DNA of 64,000 nucleotides from the NCBI GenBank assembly GCA_951406725.2, contig OX597824.1:72664001-72728000 (forward strand), written 5' to 3'. The number at the start of each line of letters is the position of its first letter. Within the stretch, counting starts at the first letter, position 1. A model generated the notes under the pieces. It had not been told where the DNA came from. It worked only from the letters and a program-made list of their open reading frames with translations, and searched no databases. Source of the stretch: Octopus vulgaris. Lineage: Eukaryota. Of the stretch, positions 1 to 11,308 are shown piece by piece. The translations under genes were made by a program, and so were the position numbers.

Positions 1-76
1 GAGTAACAAAAACAATAACAGCATAATAGAAGAGATAAACAAGACCAACATGAAGTGCAGTGATTTATACAGGAAT

Positions 77-424
77 TTTTTTAAAGACCCCCCTTCGGTC
101 ATGAATGACCATGGGATTGCACCTAGAAAGTTACCCTCCTAGACACAAGTCCGGGCAAGGTTGTTTATGGAAGACCAGCAGTCGCCCATGCATACCAGCC
201 TCCCCTCTCCACGCCACTGATGTTATCCAAGGGAAAGACAAAGGTCGATACAGCTTGGCACCAGTGACGTCGCAACTCATTTCTACAGCTGAGTGAACTG
301 GAGCAACGTGAAATAAAGTGCCTTGCTCAAGAACACAACACGCAGCCCCGTCCGGGATTCGAGCTCACAACCTCACGATCGTAAGCTCGACGCTCTAACC
401 ACTGAGCCATGCGCCTTCACTCAA
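77..424 (-). mobile_element. tRNA-derived SINE with CORE-like central domain
   Basis: Minus strand reads GGCGCATGGCTCAGTGGTTAGAGCG...GCTCGAATCCC (A/B boxes), then TGTTGTGTTCTTGAGCAAGGCACTT (CORE-like). 11-bp TSD TATACAGGAAT at 66-76 and 425-435. Confidence 0.85.
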
Positions 425-589
425 TATACAGGAATAAGCAACAACAATAATAGGTCAGATCCTTCCAAGGATGACATATACCAAAACCACTTGGATAGAC
501 TACTATGTGAGAAAAGAATGTTAAGTATTTAAATCCAAGGCTAGATTAGACAAGCTTTAATACATGCATAAACGTACATACATACATAC

Positions 590-990
590 AAATTACAAGT
601 TCAGGTTTATACCTGTAAGTATTGGGTCATTGGGATATTTAACACACTGCCTAAATATCAATCTTGAGAAATTAGGCTTCTCAAAACCAGAAAGAAGAAA
701 GCTGATTTGGAGACTACAGAAGCAACCCATCAATGGAACTGTAAAAATCTACAAAACTTTCCAGAAGCTTATCATTTAAGTATATATATGAGCATGTCTA
801 GATATGCAAGTATATGCATGAGAAGGCATACATAAATAAAAATTACAAATCTGCACATACACATACATACATGTATGCATACAAAAATACCCTGTTGTTG
901 ATGTTGAAATTCCACTGAAGAAGCCTTGGATCTATTAGAAACTGGCTCTTTCTCTATTGGCAAGAAATCTTGAAATAAAACTGAGTAATG
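590..990 (+). mobile_element. 3' fragment of an RLE-type (R4/Dong/NeSL-like) non-LTR retrotransposon plus 3' UTR
   Basis: YKFRFIPVSIGSLG...LEKLG...LQKQPINGTVKIYKTF* (stop at 779) matches the C-terminal pattern IPVxIGxLG...LQK...GT of restriction-like-endonuclease LINEs. Confidence 0.6.
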
Positions 991-1319
991 ACATGCATAC
1001 ATACATACATATAAAATGTTTGTTTTTATGTCCAAGTTGTGTATATAAAACATTGTTACATTTTATATTTATACACACACACACACACATGCATATATAC
1101 ACTAATTAATGAAGCAGAGAAACTGATTCAACCTAACATACCAACTTCATTTAATACTAATTTCATTACTGTGATTTAGTTTCAGTATTGGCCCACTTAT
1201 TCTTTGTTTTCTTTTTTTTATAATTAGGAAAAAAATACATCCAACCACCACTATTGTTGTTGTCACCATAAAAAATTTATATAAAATGCAACAATCAATT
1301 CAAAATGAATGTCTATGTA

Positions 1320-1460
1320 CAGTAATGCCTTGATATACAAGTTAATTTATTCCCAGAGACTGCTTGTAAAGCGAAAACTTGAAAACAGAAAATAAAACCC
1401 ATAAAAGCTCATAAACCTGTAATCTTATAAAGCGTGTCCTTGTAAAGTGAGGCATTACTA
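1320..1460. mobile_element. Tc1/mariner (Tigger/pogo-like) MITE
   Basis: Imperfect TIRs CAGTAATGCCTTGATATACAAG / CTTGTAAAGTGAGGCATTACTA, flanked by TA. Confidence 0.65.
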
Positions 1461-1699
1461 TATATATATATATATATATATGATTTTGTGTGTTGGGTGT
1501 GGTGGAAGGGAGGCTTCAAAGAGTAACTATAATTAAAATCGATAGCATACTATTGTTCGGTAATTGAGGGTTTTAACTTTGGAAATAATAATTTCTTTAT
1601 AATAATAACTATTTCTAATTTTAGGCACAAGGCTAATAATTCTAAAGGTGGTGGCAGGATGATTCCACCACAAGGTTCAGTCATTGCTGCCGTATGGTG

Positions 1700-2340
1700 G
1701 CTTGTGTGCTTCAATGACCTCTGAAGTATAAGCTCCTGAGATGCAGTGTCAGCCTGAAATTTCAAATGGTTGTAATCCTTTGGTAGCAAAGGTACCTTGT
1801 GGCTTTTTGTATAAACAATATATTAATTAACTATATGCTGGAGATATATGGACCACCATGCCTTATATCAGGATCCCAGTAGTTCTACAATCGAGGAAGC
1901 TGTTTTATATCAAATATAATGTTTATAGTAAAAAAAGCTAGCATTTCTGCAGTAGCGGTTGGCTGCCATTGTGGATCGGGTCTTCCACGAATAGAAACTA
2001 TGCATTGAGCATATTTATTTGTTTCCTCCACAACAGTTTCAAAAAGCTTTTCAGTAAAAATAAAAATAAACAGTCCAATAGTTGAGCATCAGGACGTAGA
2101 CTGTGTTGTTGACAAGTCTTTTCAGTGAAATCAGGAATTGTGGTTGATGTAGTAATCTTCAACCATGTTGCCGTAATGTTTATCATTTTCATTATGAAAA
2201 TCTCCCTTGTCCAACGAAGATTCATAAGCATCAATATCAGATTTGTTCAAAGACAAATCCCTGTTGTTTTTGTTTATATTTTGCACAACATCAAGAGTAA
2301 AAATCATCCAAGTCAGAATTGCTACTTGCTGACACTATAT
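1700..2340 (-). pseudogene. Decayed piggyBac (PGBD-like) transposase N-terminal fragment
   Basis: An acidic N-terminal stretch is followed by IPDFTEKTCQQHSLRPDAQLLDCLFLF and, after frameshifts, a VEETNKYA- and W-containing block typical of piggyBac transposases. Boundaries are approximate. Confidence 0.55.
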
Positions 2341-4576
2341 CATTAAAAACTAAGATATATACTTCTCTTCAAATGTCGGGAAAAAAAAAAACCAAGACAT
2401 CTCAAAAACTTTTTACTTGAATAAAGGCAAGAAAGGCTTTCTCTCCTGGCTTTAACCCTTTAGTGTTCAGACCGGCTGAAAGTAATTTCCCTAAAATCCA
2501 GCCATATCTCGACATTCTTGCCAAACTTGTAAGAGATGTAAGCTAAATCTTTCTCAAATCACACAGAAAAAAAAAAGATGCTGGATAATGAAGTGAAGAA
2601 AGACTATTCCTAGCAAAAAAAAGAAAGAAAGAAAGAAAGAGATGGAACAGTTCTGACTGAAAACCCTTGAACAGAGGTCTACTAAATCAGAGCCAACTTC
2701 AGTTTAAACACTAATAACAATTTATAATAGATCAACACATAGGGTAGCCTGTATCCCCTCTACAAAGGAGACGCATGTACCTGATCCTCTATCATATTTT
2801 AACCATTCTCCACCTGGCATAAAACCACCTCCCTGTCTACTACAATCCCATTTCATTGAGGGTTTTTCTTCTCTGTCTTACAGCTTGCTTAGTGATCTCA
2901 CTAGTACCAATGTCAGGACAAGAAAAAAGCAGTCAGTATGCACTGTATAGTTGTTGGCATGAGGAAAGGCAACCAGCCATGGAAACTGTGCCAAAGCAGA
3001 CACTGGAGCTCAATGGAGTCCTAGCAAAGTGTCCGTCTCATGCCATAATGGAAGGCGAATGCTAATTAACTATGACAATGATGACTTTCTGGAGATAAGA
3101 GCAGTTGTCCCTCAGTACATGAGCAGTACTTATTCCATAGCACCTCCAACCCATGCTAGCATTAAAAACAGACATAAAATGACAGATGTTCCCCCCCACC
3201 CCCACCCCGAGAGATCAAAGACTAGTAGACTAAGTCAAATAACCCCGCTCCCACTCCATTACCATCAGGATTTCAACTGAAAGCATAAATTAACAAAACT
3301 GAAAACTGTAAAGCATTTAGTCTGGTGCTCTACAGCCTAATACAATATAATAAAATATGAAACAACAACAACAACAGCCCATTGCAGTAGATTTTCAAAT
3401 CAATAAGTTGTCTTGAGCACTGTTGATGTGGAAAGTATTTTATATTCTATATGATATAGTAAGTTAGGGTGGAGGGTATAGGAGGACGTATAACTATTTC
3501 TATAAAACGTAAGATATACACATACTGTATGTGTGTGCTTGCGAGTACACACATACACACACATTAACATATATATACATACATACATACATACATACAC
3601 ACAAACAACAACCACCCATATGCATGAAGATTGTGAAAGTTCCACACTCAGCTACAATGAATGAATCAATGGCCTAGTTTCAGATTCGTATCTTATTAAA
3701 TCATCGAATTTTTCTCTTCTCCACCCCAAACCACCCACTAACACCTATCATCCTCCTTTTGTTTTTGGTGATAGAGATGGCAAGGAGTGGGTGCTTACAG
3801 ATAATGAATGAAGAAAGAACTAAGATGGATAAAGATAGATTAGATGTAGATGAAGTGTGCGTGCGTGTGCGTGTGTGTGTGTGTGTGGTGAAAAAAATTA
3901 TATAACTTATTAATGTCCCAGCATGGCCACAGCTGAATGGTTGAAACTGTAAAAAGAGTATACCACAGAGCATATTTATTCCTTATTTAGAAAGTATTTC
4001 TAGCATTTGGTGTCCACTTAAGGTCAACTTCACCAGTAATTGTAAATGATCTCTAATATGGCAGAATTCTACAGCCAATAGAAATCTCTCTTTCTCTCTC
4101 TCTCCCCCTCTCCTCATCACCATAATTTCCTCCCGTTCACTCCTCCTCCTCCTAATCTTATGAAAGTGGTATAAGTATCATGGCAACTGGAATCGAATAC
4201 TAGCTCACAGTACTCTGCATCTCAGTACCTCATCTTTCTTCATACTGAGGTACTGATAGATAGATTAGATAGCAGTCTGGTGCAGAGAATTATGAAGTAC
4301 TGAAGTATAGGTAGAATTACATCCTGGATCAAGACTCTTAGACACAGTGAGGTATTCAGGAACAGAATGGATGAGGTATTATGGTATACACTGGATCAAA
4401 CATAGGTTTATTATGCACAAGTAGAGTGGGGTGGTGAGATACAGTCTACATCAAATTACTGGATCAGGCGTCCCAGATACAGTGACGCACTAATATATAT
4501 AAACTAGATTTAATACTGGGTCACAAACTATGGCTTGTCAGACACTAGATCAGGAGTCACAGATACAATGAATTAC

Positions 4577-4985
4577 AGATTTTTTCGGTTTGAACGGCAG
4601 TTTTTAACATAATTTCTAGGTAACTAAAAAATTTTAAACTTCTTATACTGGTAGAATGTGTTTATAAAACATCTTTTTCTCTTGGCTTTATTGAGAAAAT
4701 TCTATAGTTTGTAAAGATATTTGTTGTTTTTTTCCTTCAATTTCTGCAATTTCAACCAATCACTGACGTCTATTGAGGTAAAAAAAACATTCTGTTCCAT
4801 ATGAATATGTCCCTCATTTAAGAAACAGATTGGGTTTATTTACATTTGGGAAGAAAAAAAGATACCCCTAACCCTAACCCTAAAATAGATTGAAATGCAA
4901 TAGATCGATACTAGGGTCATAATTATGGGTGACAATTTCATATGACACCGCTAGAAAAAAAATGCCGTTCAAACCGAAAAGATAC
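4577..4985. mobile_element. Non-autonomous TIR DNA transposon (MITE) with 10-bp TSD, possibly Mutator-like
   Basis: TIR (G)GATCTTTTCGGTTTGAACGGCA / TGCCGTTCAAACCGAAAAGAT. Direct repeat AATGAATTAC at 4567-4576 and 4986-4995. Internal (CCCTAA)n. A second copy starts at 63631. Confidence 0.85.
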
Positions 4986-6817
4986 AATGAATTACTGAGA
5001 GATAGATTAAATCAGATATGGTATTATGATTTATAGACAGAGTGAAGTACTGAGATACAGACTAAAACTGGCAATAGAAGGATCTGGTGGAGTAATGATA
5101 ACTAAGGAACCATGTTTATATGAAGTGAAAATTTCAGCAACTTTGCAATAAACATACAAAGAAAAGTGATCTATAAATCTTAATGGGTCATTGAATGATG
5201 ACCAAAAAGATTTTGTATTTATGCAGAGCAAGTCAAAATTATGGAGGCCATCCTTATCATGCAATGTAACAAATACAAGGGAAGTAATTGAAGTGAAAAT
5301 ATCCCAACAGAAGTTTTTCTCTCCTCTAATCTCTCAGATGCATGTGCATTCATGCAATATATGAGTATGAATGTGTGTGTGTGTAAACAAGTATGTGTGT
5401 TGTCACTGTTTCAGGTTTGCCTTTTCCATGCTAGCTTAGGTTGGGTGCAACGTCTTAAGACAGCATTCAACCACCAGATGGGCCTTCTTGTTTCCATGCA
5501 AGGTATTTCATTCCTCTGGGTTTCATACATCAAACCAACAAGCTGCCAGACTTAGATATCAACTATAAGCAGTCACACTAAAATCACACAGAAATAAATA
5601 CACATACACAAAGGGATCCCATATCATATCCATCTACCAAATTTCATTCATAAGGCATAGCTCAACTGGGGTCAATAAGACTCTTGCCCAAGGTGCCATG
5701 CAGTGGGATCAAATCTGAAACCACATGGTTGCTACGTAAGCTAATTAATCATGTGAGTACCTATTAATACCATTTATGTGTATCTATACACATATGTTAA
5801 GGTATATGTATCCTCATTTAATGTTAGTTTTCCATGGTGGCAAGCTGGAGAGCAGCCCAGGCTCCAATTGTCTGCTTTGGTATGGCTTCTACAGCTAGAT
5901 GCCCTTCCTAATGCCAACCACTTTACAGAATGTACTGTGTACTTTTTACATGTACATATATGTGTAGGTAACATGTAGTCCAGTACAACCTGTTGATCTG
6001 ACCATGCAACAGATTGTACTGGACTACATGTTACCATGGTCAGATTGTTGGTAAAATAAACTGGTTTCTCAGCAGGATTGCTAGAAACCCAACAGAGAAA
6101 AAAAAAACATGATACCAATCAAGAAAGTGTATGAACCTAATCTAGTATCAATGGTTATTTAGCATCTTTTGTAAGGGATTTACACACATGCATATATCAT
6201 CTCTCTTTCTCTCTGTCTTTCCTATATAAATACAGTACATCATCATATGCATATAGTATGTTAACCCATGTCCAAGTATGACCACTTCTTCAAAAGTTGC
6301 AAATTTCTTGGCTGTTACCATAGAAGCCCACAAATAACCTTACTAATTAAGAGATGAACTATGCTATCCTTCGAAAGATCTGCTCACTCACTCAAAGTAC
6401 TGCCAAATCTTTCTATTATTGTTTGAAAAGAAGCAATCAATAAAGATGCCTGACTCATGGTGGCTGCCCTGAGTCTAACATACCAAAAACTGTGGGCCAC
6501 ATAAGGCACCATAGGCAATCTTTAATCACAGTTGCCCTTGATAGTGAGCTGAACTGAAGCAATGCAGAATACCATGTTCTGTTCCAGAAACTCAACAAAA
6601 TGCCAGAGGAGGATCTGAACTCACAAACCCCATAAATAGTTGAATAACTAGAATACTTAAATGTTTCACTTCTACACAAGTACATGTGTGTGTGTGTGTG
6701 TGTCTTACATAGTCCTTGTGCCAGTTATGATCAAATAGACAAATGTTATGTAGTTAAAAGTCCATTGAACAGGAAAGCATAATCCACAGGTCACTGTTTG
6801 TCTCATCAATTCACTGA

Positions 6818-7208
6818 GAGGCTGTGTGGCAAGTAGCTTGCTTACGAACCACATGGTCCCGGGTTCAGTCTCACTGCATGGCACCTAGGGCAAGTGTCTT
6901 CTACTATAGCCTCAGGCCGACCAAAGCCTTGTGAGTGGATTTGGAAGATGGAAACTGAAAGAAGCCCATTGTATATGTGTGTGTGTGTATATATATATAT
7001 ATATGTATGTGTGTCTATGTTTGTCCCCTCAACATCGCTTGACAACTGATGCTGGTGTGTTTACGTCCCCATAACTTAGCAGTTCAGCAAAAGAGACAGA
7101 TAGAATAAGTAATAAGCTTACAAAGAATAAGTCCTGGGGTTGATTTGCTTGATTAAAGGCGGTGCTCCAGCATGGCCACAGTCAAATGACTGAGGCAAGT
7201 AAAAGAGT
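6818..7208 (+). mobile_element. Abundant tRNA-related SINE family A (octopus-type), with internal (TG/TA)n
   Basis: GGCTGTGTGG...GGTTCAGTC...GGCAAGTGTCTTCTACTATAGCC...CAAATGACTGA...AAAAGAGT. Further copies at about 14300-14450, 32600-32890, 42118-42460, 43130-43470, 47965-48600, 54662-54820 (+) and 62307-62640 (-). Confidence 0.85.
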
Positions 7209-8140
7209 TATTATTAGCGTTATAACCATGACTGTTACATTTTGTTTTCCAGGCATAGTGTATCTAGAAGTGTATCATCTCATGCCCTTCCTTTATAATG
7301 ATAGGTAAGGATAGAACCTTTGAGAGATTTGGCTTCTAGCTGACCAAATATATGTTCTCTTAACACAACTTAGAGTGTATATGTGTCCGCATGTGCATAC
7401 ACACACGTGTATGCATACAAAGGGTATCCTCAAAGTTTTAAGATTATGCACTGAAGTGCCCAGTGAACACTTACAATAAAGTGTGCAGAGTCCACTATGT
7501 GTGGGCACATTTTTACCTTTTACTGGTTTTTGCAAGAGGATGAGGCCATGCTGGAGCACTGCCTTTCAGTGTGTTTGGGTTTCTTTACTGCTTCTGTTGA
7601 AGCAATGAGTTGGGTGAAGCTGCTCGTCTTTGTGCCTCCTGTCACAATGTGGGTTCATCTGGTATCATCATCATCCTTCCATGCTAGCATAGATTGGACA
7701 GTTTCACAAGAGTTGGCTAGGCAGAAGACTGCACCATACTTTTGTGTCTATTTTGGTATGGTTTTTACAGCTGGAAGCCCTTCCTAAAACCAACAACCTT
7801 GCAGAGTGCTCAGATAAAAATTTGTCCAGACACTCTTTGAAGACCTACACGTCTACACCTCACAAATCTCTGAGGTTGATCAGCAGAATGTTGAATAGTT
7901 GTGGACCCATGAATCCCAAGTTGTTACAGTACATCCATGCCATAGTTTCATATAGATATCATACTGATGCTCTCAGTCAGCGGATATTCTCAATCCTTAC
8001 AGCTGCTTCCCATGCAAAACCATGATATGGACTGGATTAAACTCACAAATAAAGGAAAAACGGTTATGCTGTTACAGTGCTGGACTACTGGCCAAGATCA
8101 AATTATAGCATACTGTTGGACAACAAATAGGTTGTGTTCC

Positions 8141-8556
8141 AAAGGCGGCGAGTTGGCAGAAACATTAGCGCGCCAGGCGAAATGCTTTGTGGTATTTCGT
8201 CTGTCGTTACGTTCTGAGTTCAAATTCCCCCGAGTTCGACTTTGCCTTTCATCCTTTCAGGGTTGATAAGTTAAGTACCAGTTACGCACTGGGGTCGATA
8301 TAATCGACTTAATCCCTTTGTCTATCCTTGTTTGTCCCCTCTGTGTTTAGCCCCATGTGGGTAGTAAAGAAATAGGTATTTCATCTACCGTTATGTTCCG
8401 AGTTCAAATTCTGCCATGGTCAACTTTGCCTTTCATACTTTCGGGGTCGATAAATTAAGTACAAGTTATGCACTGGGGCGATGTAATCGATTTAATCCCT
8501 TTGTCTGTCCTTGTTTGTCCCCTCTATGTTTAGACCCTTGTGGGCAATAAAGAAAT
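8141..8556 (+). mobile_element. SINE family B with internally duplicated body (dimer)
   Basis: GGCGGCGAGTTGGCAG head. The body GGTATTTC...GAGTTCAAATT...GCCTTTCATCCTTTC...AAAGAAATA occurs twice. 19-bp TSD (1 mismatch) AACAAATMGGTTGTGTTCC at 8122-8140 and 8557-8575. Confidence 0.85.
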
Positions 8557-9667
8557 AACAAATCGGTTGTGTTCCTATATCATGGTTCAGTGATTAACAG
8601 TAAGAATGTCTATCCAGCCATAAAAAGAAAATCACTCAAAAGAAAAACATTCAACCTTTATAATTACTGGGAGGTGGGGGTGATGCCCGTAAAGTGGTTA
8701 AAATATGTGTGCACATGTAGACGTGTATAGTCATGTGTATGTGCACACATACACTACACGTGTACATATTATGTGCCAGACATAAGAATAAATACTAGGG
8801 CTGACTTTATAAACTAAACTCTAAGATGATGCCCAGCATGGCTGCAGTGCAATGATTGAAACAGATAAAAGAATTATATATATATATATATATTATATAC
8901 GCACACACATGCGTGTGTACAGAATTTCCACACCACTACTATATATTGATTCAACAGCTTTTTATTTTTATCCACCTCTCTTTTCTTCCTTTCTCTACTG
9001 CAATCAGATAGCTATAATCCAACAGCTCCTTCCGATTCCACAATTATTCCTAGACTAACTTCATCCATTCATTTGTGCATCCGTTCACTCAAGCTATCAG
9101 CAGTAATTAACCCTTGGCATTTTCTTATGTTGCCCAATTCCACAGAGCAATGCTCTCAGCAAGGACTGAGTTGGCCTGCTGCATCCACCCCATCCACCCA
9201 TTGATTTTTTTTTTGATTTTTTACTGTGCTTTGTAAAATTTCTTTCTTTCTTTATCTTTTGTTGTTCTTAGTCTTTAAATTGAAAAGACATTTTGTTGGT
9301 ATTTTTTTTTAAAGAAATATTCCTTTGTAACTCCAGTTCAAAAAGAATAAGAAAGACAGGTTTAGTTTTCACCATAAGCTTTTAAAAATATAAAAAACAG
9401 TGGTACAAGATCACGTTTGCAGCCAGGTTACAAATGAACAATGAAAGGTTGGTACTTGTTAACTCCTTCATTTCTAACTTATAGTTAAGTCAATAGCAAG
9501 ACACAATCAACTGTCAATAAGACTTATGACTTGTAAATGCTACCACCTCTCATTTGAAATATCTTTATCATATTGAGAAGGCTGGAAAAGCTATATATGT
9601 GTATATATATATATATATATATACATACACACACATATACATACATACATACATACATACAATCATG

Positions 9668-10474
9668 CAAGGTGTGATAGGTAAATTGTCGCCATTTTAT
9701 ATTTTCAGTTTTGCACATTGGTTTTGATTTTGTTGACTATACAGTCTAGTAGGGTCAGTTGGGCATAGTCTATGAGAAAAACAGCACCATGATGCAACTC
9801 ACTCTGCCAGAAATTTGGAACTGACATGCTGTACTGCTTGGACGTTCCAATACAAACATTTCAGAGTGTTTGGGTGTCAATCTGAGGACATGTACGAGAG
9901 TGGTAAAAATCAAATATTCATCATGATGTTTGGAGTGATGGTGACATTATGCCACCATTCATCTTCCCATACGACCTCAAGCTCAATACAGAGCCCTACA
10001 TCAAGTGCCTTGAGGAGGTAGTGCTGCCCTGGGTCAAGAGGGTGGCTGCTGGAAGACCCCGTCAGGCAACAAGACTCCACACCATGTCACACAAGCAGGA
10101 GAACCCAGTTGTGGTTGTCAAACAATTTTTGCGACCACATCACCCGTAACACTTGGTCACCTAACTCCCCAGACTGCAACCCCCTTGATATTATCATGTG
10201 TGGGGTGCAGTTGAGCAAGAGAGAAACAGAACTCCTTGTAACACTAAAGATGAACTGAAAGCAAAGATTATGGCAGCATTCACCAATTTAAACCATATGA
10301 CCATCCAGAAGAGTTGCAGGAGATTCCGAAGTCATCTGGAAGCCGTAGTTGAACCCAATGGCAATTTTATTGAATAAATTTACTCTTTAGTATTTCAAAA
10401 TATTTTTATATAATTTTAGTAAATATATCTGTTGAAATGCTCAATTTAGACGACAGTTAATTCACCGCACCCTG
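9668..10474 (+). mobile_element. Internally deleted maT (DD37D) Tc1/mariner transposon with transposase pseudogene
   Basis: MPPFIFP...YIKCLEEVVLPWVK...QQDSTPCH...WSPNSPDCNPLD has 37 residues between the 2nd and 3rd catalytic Asp, with frameshifts. Right TIR ...CACCGCACCCTG|TA and a degenerate left TIR. Confidence 0.9.
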
Positions 10475-10519
10475 TATACACACGTACACACACTCCAATG
10501 TAGACAACCAGATGACAGT

Positions 10520-10746
10520 CAACCCTTTAGCATTCAGGTTATTCTATCAAATGTAATGCTTATTTATTCACGTTGCTTTGAATTAATCATGCATAATCTC
10601 ATAGCTTTGAGATTTCAATGATATGATTGTATATTTTAAGAATGATTTTGTGTGATAAGTATGAGAAACTGCATCTGATCAGTTTGAATAAAAAAGCAGG
10701 TAGAATATTTTAGCCAGATATGGCTGGTTTAAATGCTAAAGGGCTA
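10520..10746. mobile_element. piggyBac-type MITE family 1
   Basis: Termini AACCCTTTAGCATT...AATGCTAAAGGG. Related copies at 39797-40234 (split by a SINE) and about 55160-55389 (inverted). Confidence 0.7.
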
Positions 10747-11024
10747 AAGTAAGGTTTGTGAAGAATTAATAAATGCTATTACTAGCATTTCTATCCCTCT
10801 AATATGGTTGTACTGCATGAACTCTAAATAAGGCACTGGAAAGAAAACTAGACAGAACACACAAGACTTCTGAAAGCAACATCAAATGGTAGTTTCATAC
10901 AACAAAGCATGATACCATGATAGCTCTACCACAAAAGCAAGAAAACTGAAAACAGTGAGTCAAATGCTAATGTAAGAACAGGCACAGGGAAACAACCTAA
11001 GGGACATCCTATCAGAATAGTTTT

Positions 11025-11308
11025 TGGCCATTGCCAGTGCCGCCTTGACTGGCTTCTGTGCCGGTGGCACGCAAAAAGCACCAACCGATCGTGGCCACTG
11101 CCAGCCTCCCCTGGCCCCTGTGCCGGTGGCATGTAAAAAGCATCCACTACACTCACGGAGTGGTTGGCATTAGGAAGGGCATCCAGCTGTAGAAGCACTA
11201 CCAGATCAGGCTTGAGCCTGGTGCAACCTCCTGGCTTCCCAGACTCCGGTCGAACCATCTAACCCATGCTAGCATGGAAAACGGACATTAAACCATGATG
11301 ATGATGAT
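11025..11308 (+). mobile_element. SINE/short retroelement family C with (GAT)n tail, RTE-associated
   Basis: GGTTGGCATTAGGAAGGGCATCCAGCTGTAGAA...CCCATGCTAGCATGGAAAACGGACATTAAA(GAT)n. Inverse copies at about 5810-5950, 7660-7810, 19040-19260, 39866-40110, 41260-41530, 44245-44440, 52270-52510, 56184-56490 and 59280-59430. Confidence 0.75.

Noticed and set aside
340-417. tRNA-like sequence (also at 16887, 22480 and 45040)
   Set aside because: These are SINE heads continuing into SINE bodies with tails/TSDs, not tRNA genes.
4246-4267. TGAGGTA let-7-like start; also AACCCGTA (miR-100-like) at 15470 and TTGGTCCCCT (miR-133-like) at 34600
   Set aside because: Similarity stops after 7-10 nt and the mature sequences do not match.
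4865-4883. Telomeric repeat / chromosome end
   Set aside because: Only about 3 units, and internal to a MITE.
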